Source: Daphnia carinata (lineage: Eukaryota). From it: 64,000 nt of DNA. The notes beneath the pieces were generated by a model, which did not search any database, had not been told where the DNA came from, and saw only the letters and a list, made by a program, of their open reading frames with translations. Every line of letters starts with the position of its first letter. Position 1 is the first letter of the stretch. The stretch covers positions 2,976,001 through 3,040,000 of the forward strand of contig NC_081334.1 in NCBI RefSeq assembly GCF_022539665.2. The letters are read 5' to 3'. Positions 63,050 to 64,000 of the stretch are shown one piece after another. The position numbers were made by a program, and so were the translations under genes.

Positions 63050-64000
63050 AATTGTTATTATTAGCGATGGCGTTAAATCGTCTATTCGCGTCATAAATGA
63101 TGAAACAACAGAAGGCTTCGTACTATGCTACTGAATATGATGTATAAACTATTTCACGAATTTATTGATTTTCTCGTAAATGCATCTAGCCAAAGTCTGA
63201 AAAGCATTGATTTATACTTATTTTCATTGACAAATACTTAGCTAAAAGACAATGCATGTGATGAGAAAGTATAGCACTGTTAGCAGCCATTCTTGCGGCT
63301 GTGCCACCCCAAATAGCAGACGTATGTAGGTACTGTATAAGGTGATTTAAATGAATACATTTGATTAACCTTGTATCTGTTTATTCCATTGTAGAGTTCG
63401 AGATGTTTAAATACCTGTAGGGGGTGAACAGTTGCTCTGGGTCCATAAGGCCTGTAAGTGGAATTTTCAAGTCGTTACCGGCTGATTCCAAGGCTTTCCT
63501 TCGATTTTGCAACGTTTAGCACTTCGCAAAAAACAACTGTTTTCCATTTACCTGGAATCGTAGCAAATTTCTACGTAATGAATTTAGAACTGCGACAAAT
63601 CGTACGCCTTACAAAACGGCTAGAAATTGGTACAAAATAGCTTTCGCCGATTCAAAACTTATTCTTTCGAACGCTCACCTGACAAGTATAACTTGGTCCG
63701 TCGCTGCATTTCTGGAGCTACAAGGCTACATACCAACATGAAAACAACTGTAAGACTTTTAGTCTGATTATTTTTCGTAATTTGTTACCATACTTCACTT
63801 TTAATTCTCTGTTTGCAGTTTCTCATGGTTTGTGCAGTTTTGTTTTGCCTCTTGTTGCTGTCCTCTCCCCAACCTGCAATGAGCAAGCGTTGTAAAAAGA
63901 TAAAAAGTGGAGACACTTGCTGGGCCACTGCTCAGTCCTGTGGCATCAGCTTGGATCAGCTCTACAAAGTAAATCCATCCTTGCAAGGCGGCAGAAAATG

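Noticed and set aside
63801..64000. Coding exon of the next gene on the - strand
   Set aside because: Short, truncated by the window edge, and with no recognisable motif.

Overview
Gene-dense eukaryotic genomic DNA with many short (~55-90 nt) GT-AG introns and an arthropod gene set. It is most likely a Daphnia-like branchiopod crustacean (inference). Genes in order: CCDC39-like (+, 5' end possibly outside the window), mitofusin/Marf (+), integrin alpha (+), a divergent rhodopsin-class GPCR (+), PAR-bZIP Pdp1 (+), centrin (-), an unnamed small secreted 4-Cys protein (-), MANF (+), egalitarian (+), DPM3 (-), intronless DNA polymerase iota (+), RIC-3 (-) and CNOT11 (+). Two accessory blocks interrupt this. 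The first (~4.0-7.9 kb) holds a 146-bp tandem array whose unit is an intron plus an exon. The second (~38.3-49.9 kb) holds Helitron-type termini, two divergent pairs of tRNA-like sequences, decayed spliced gene fragments and a series of plus-strand foldback domains with G-U pairs. The most notable observations are: (1) a RIC-3 gene where a stop-containing microexon could switch between a normal protein and one with a ~1,780-aa acidic cytosolic tail ending in a LIR-like motif, an architecture like ER-phagy receptors; (2) the cluster of structured domains; (3) two isolated candidate structured RNAs, in the egl intron and at 28.45 kb. All gene models and structures were read by eye, without searches or folding software.
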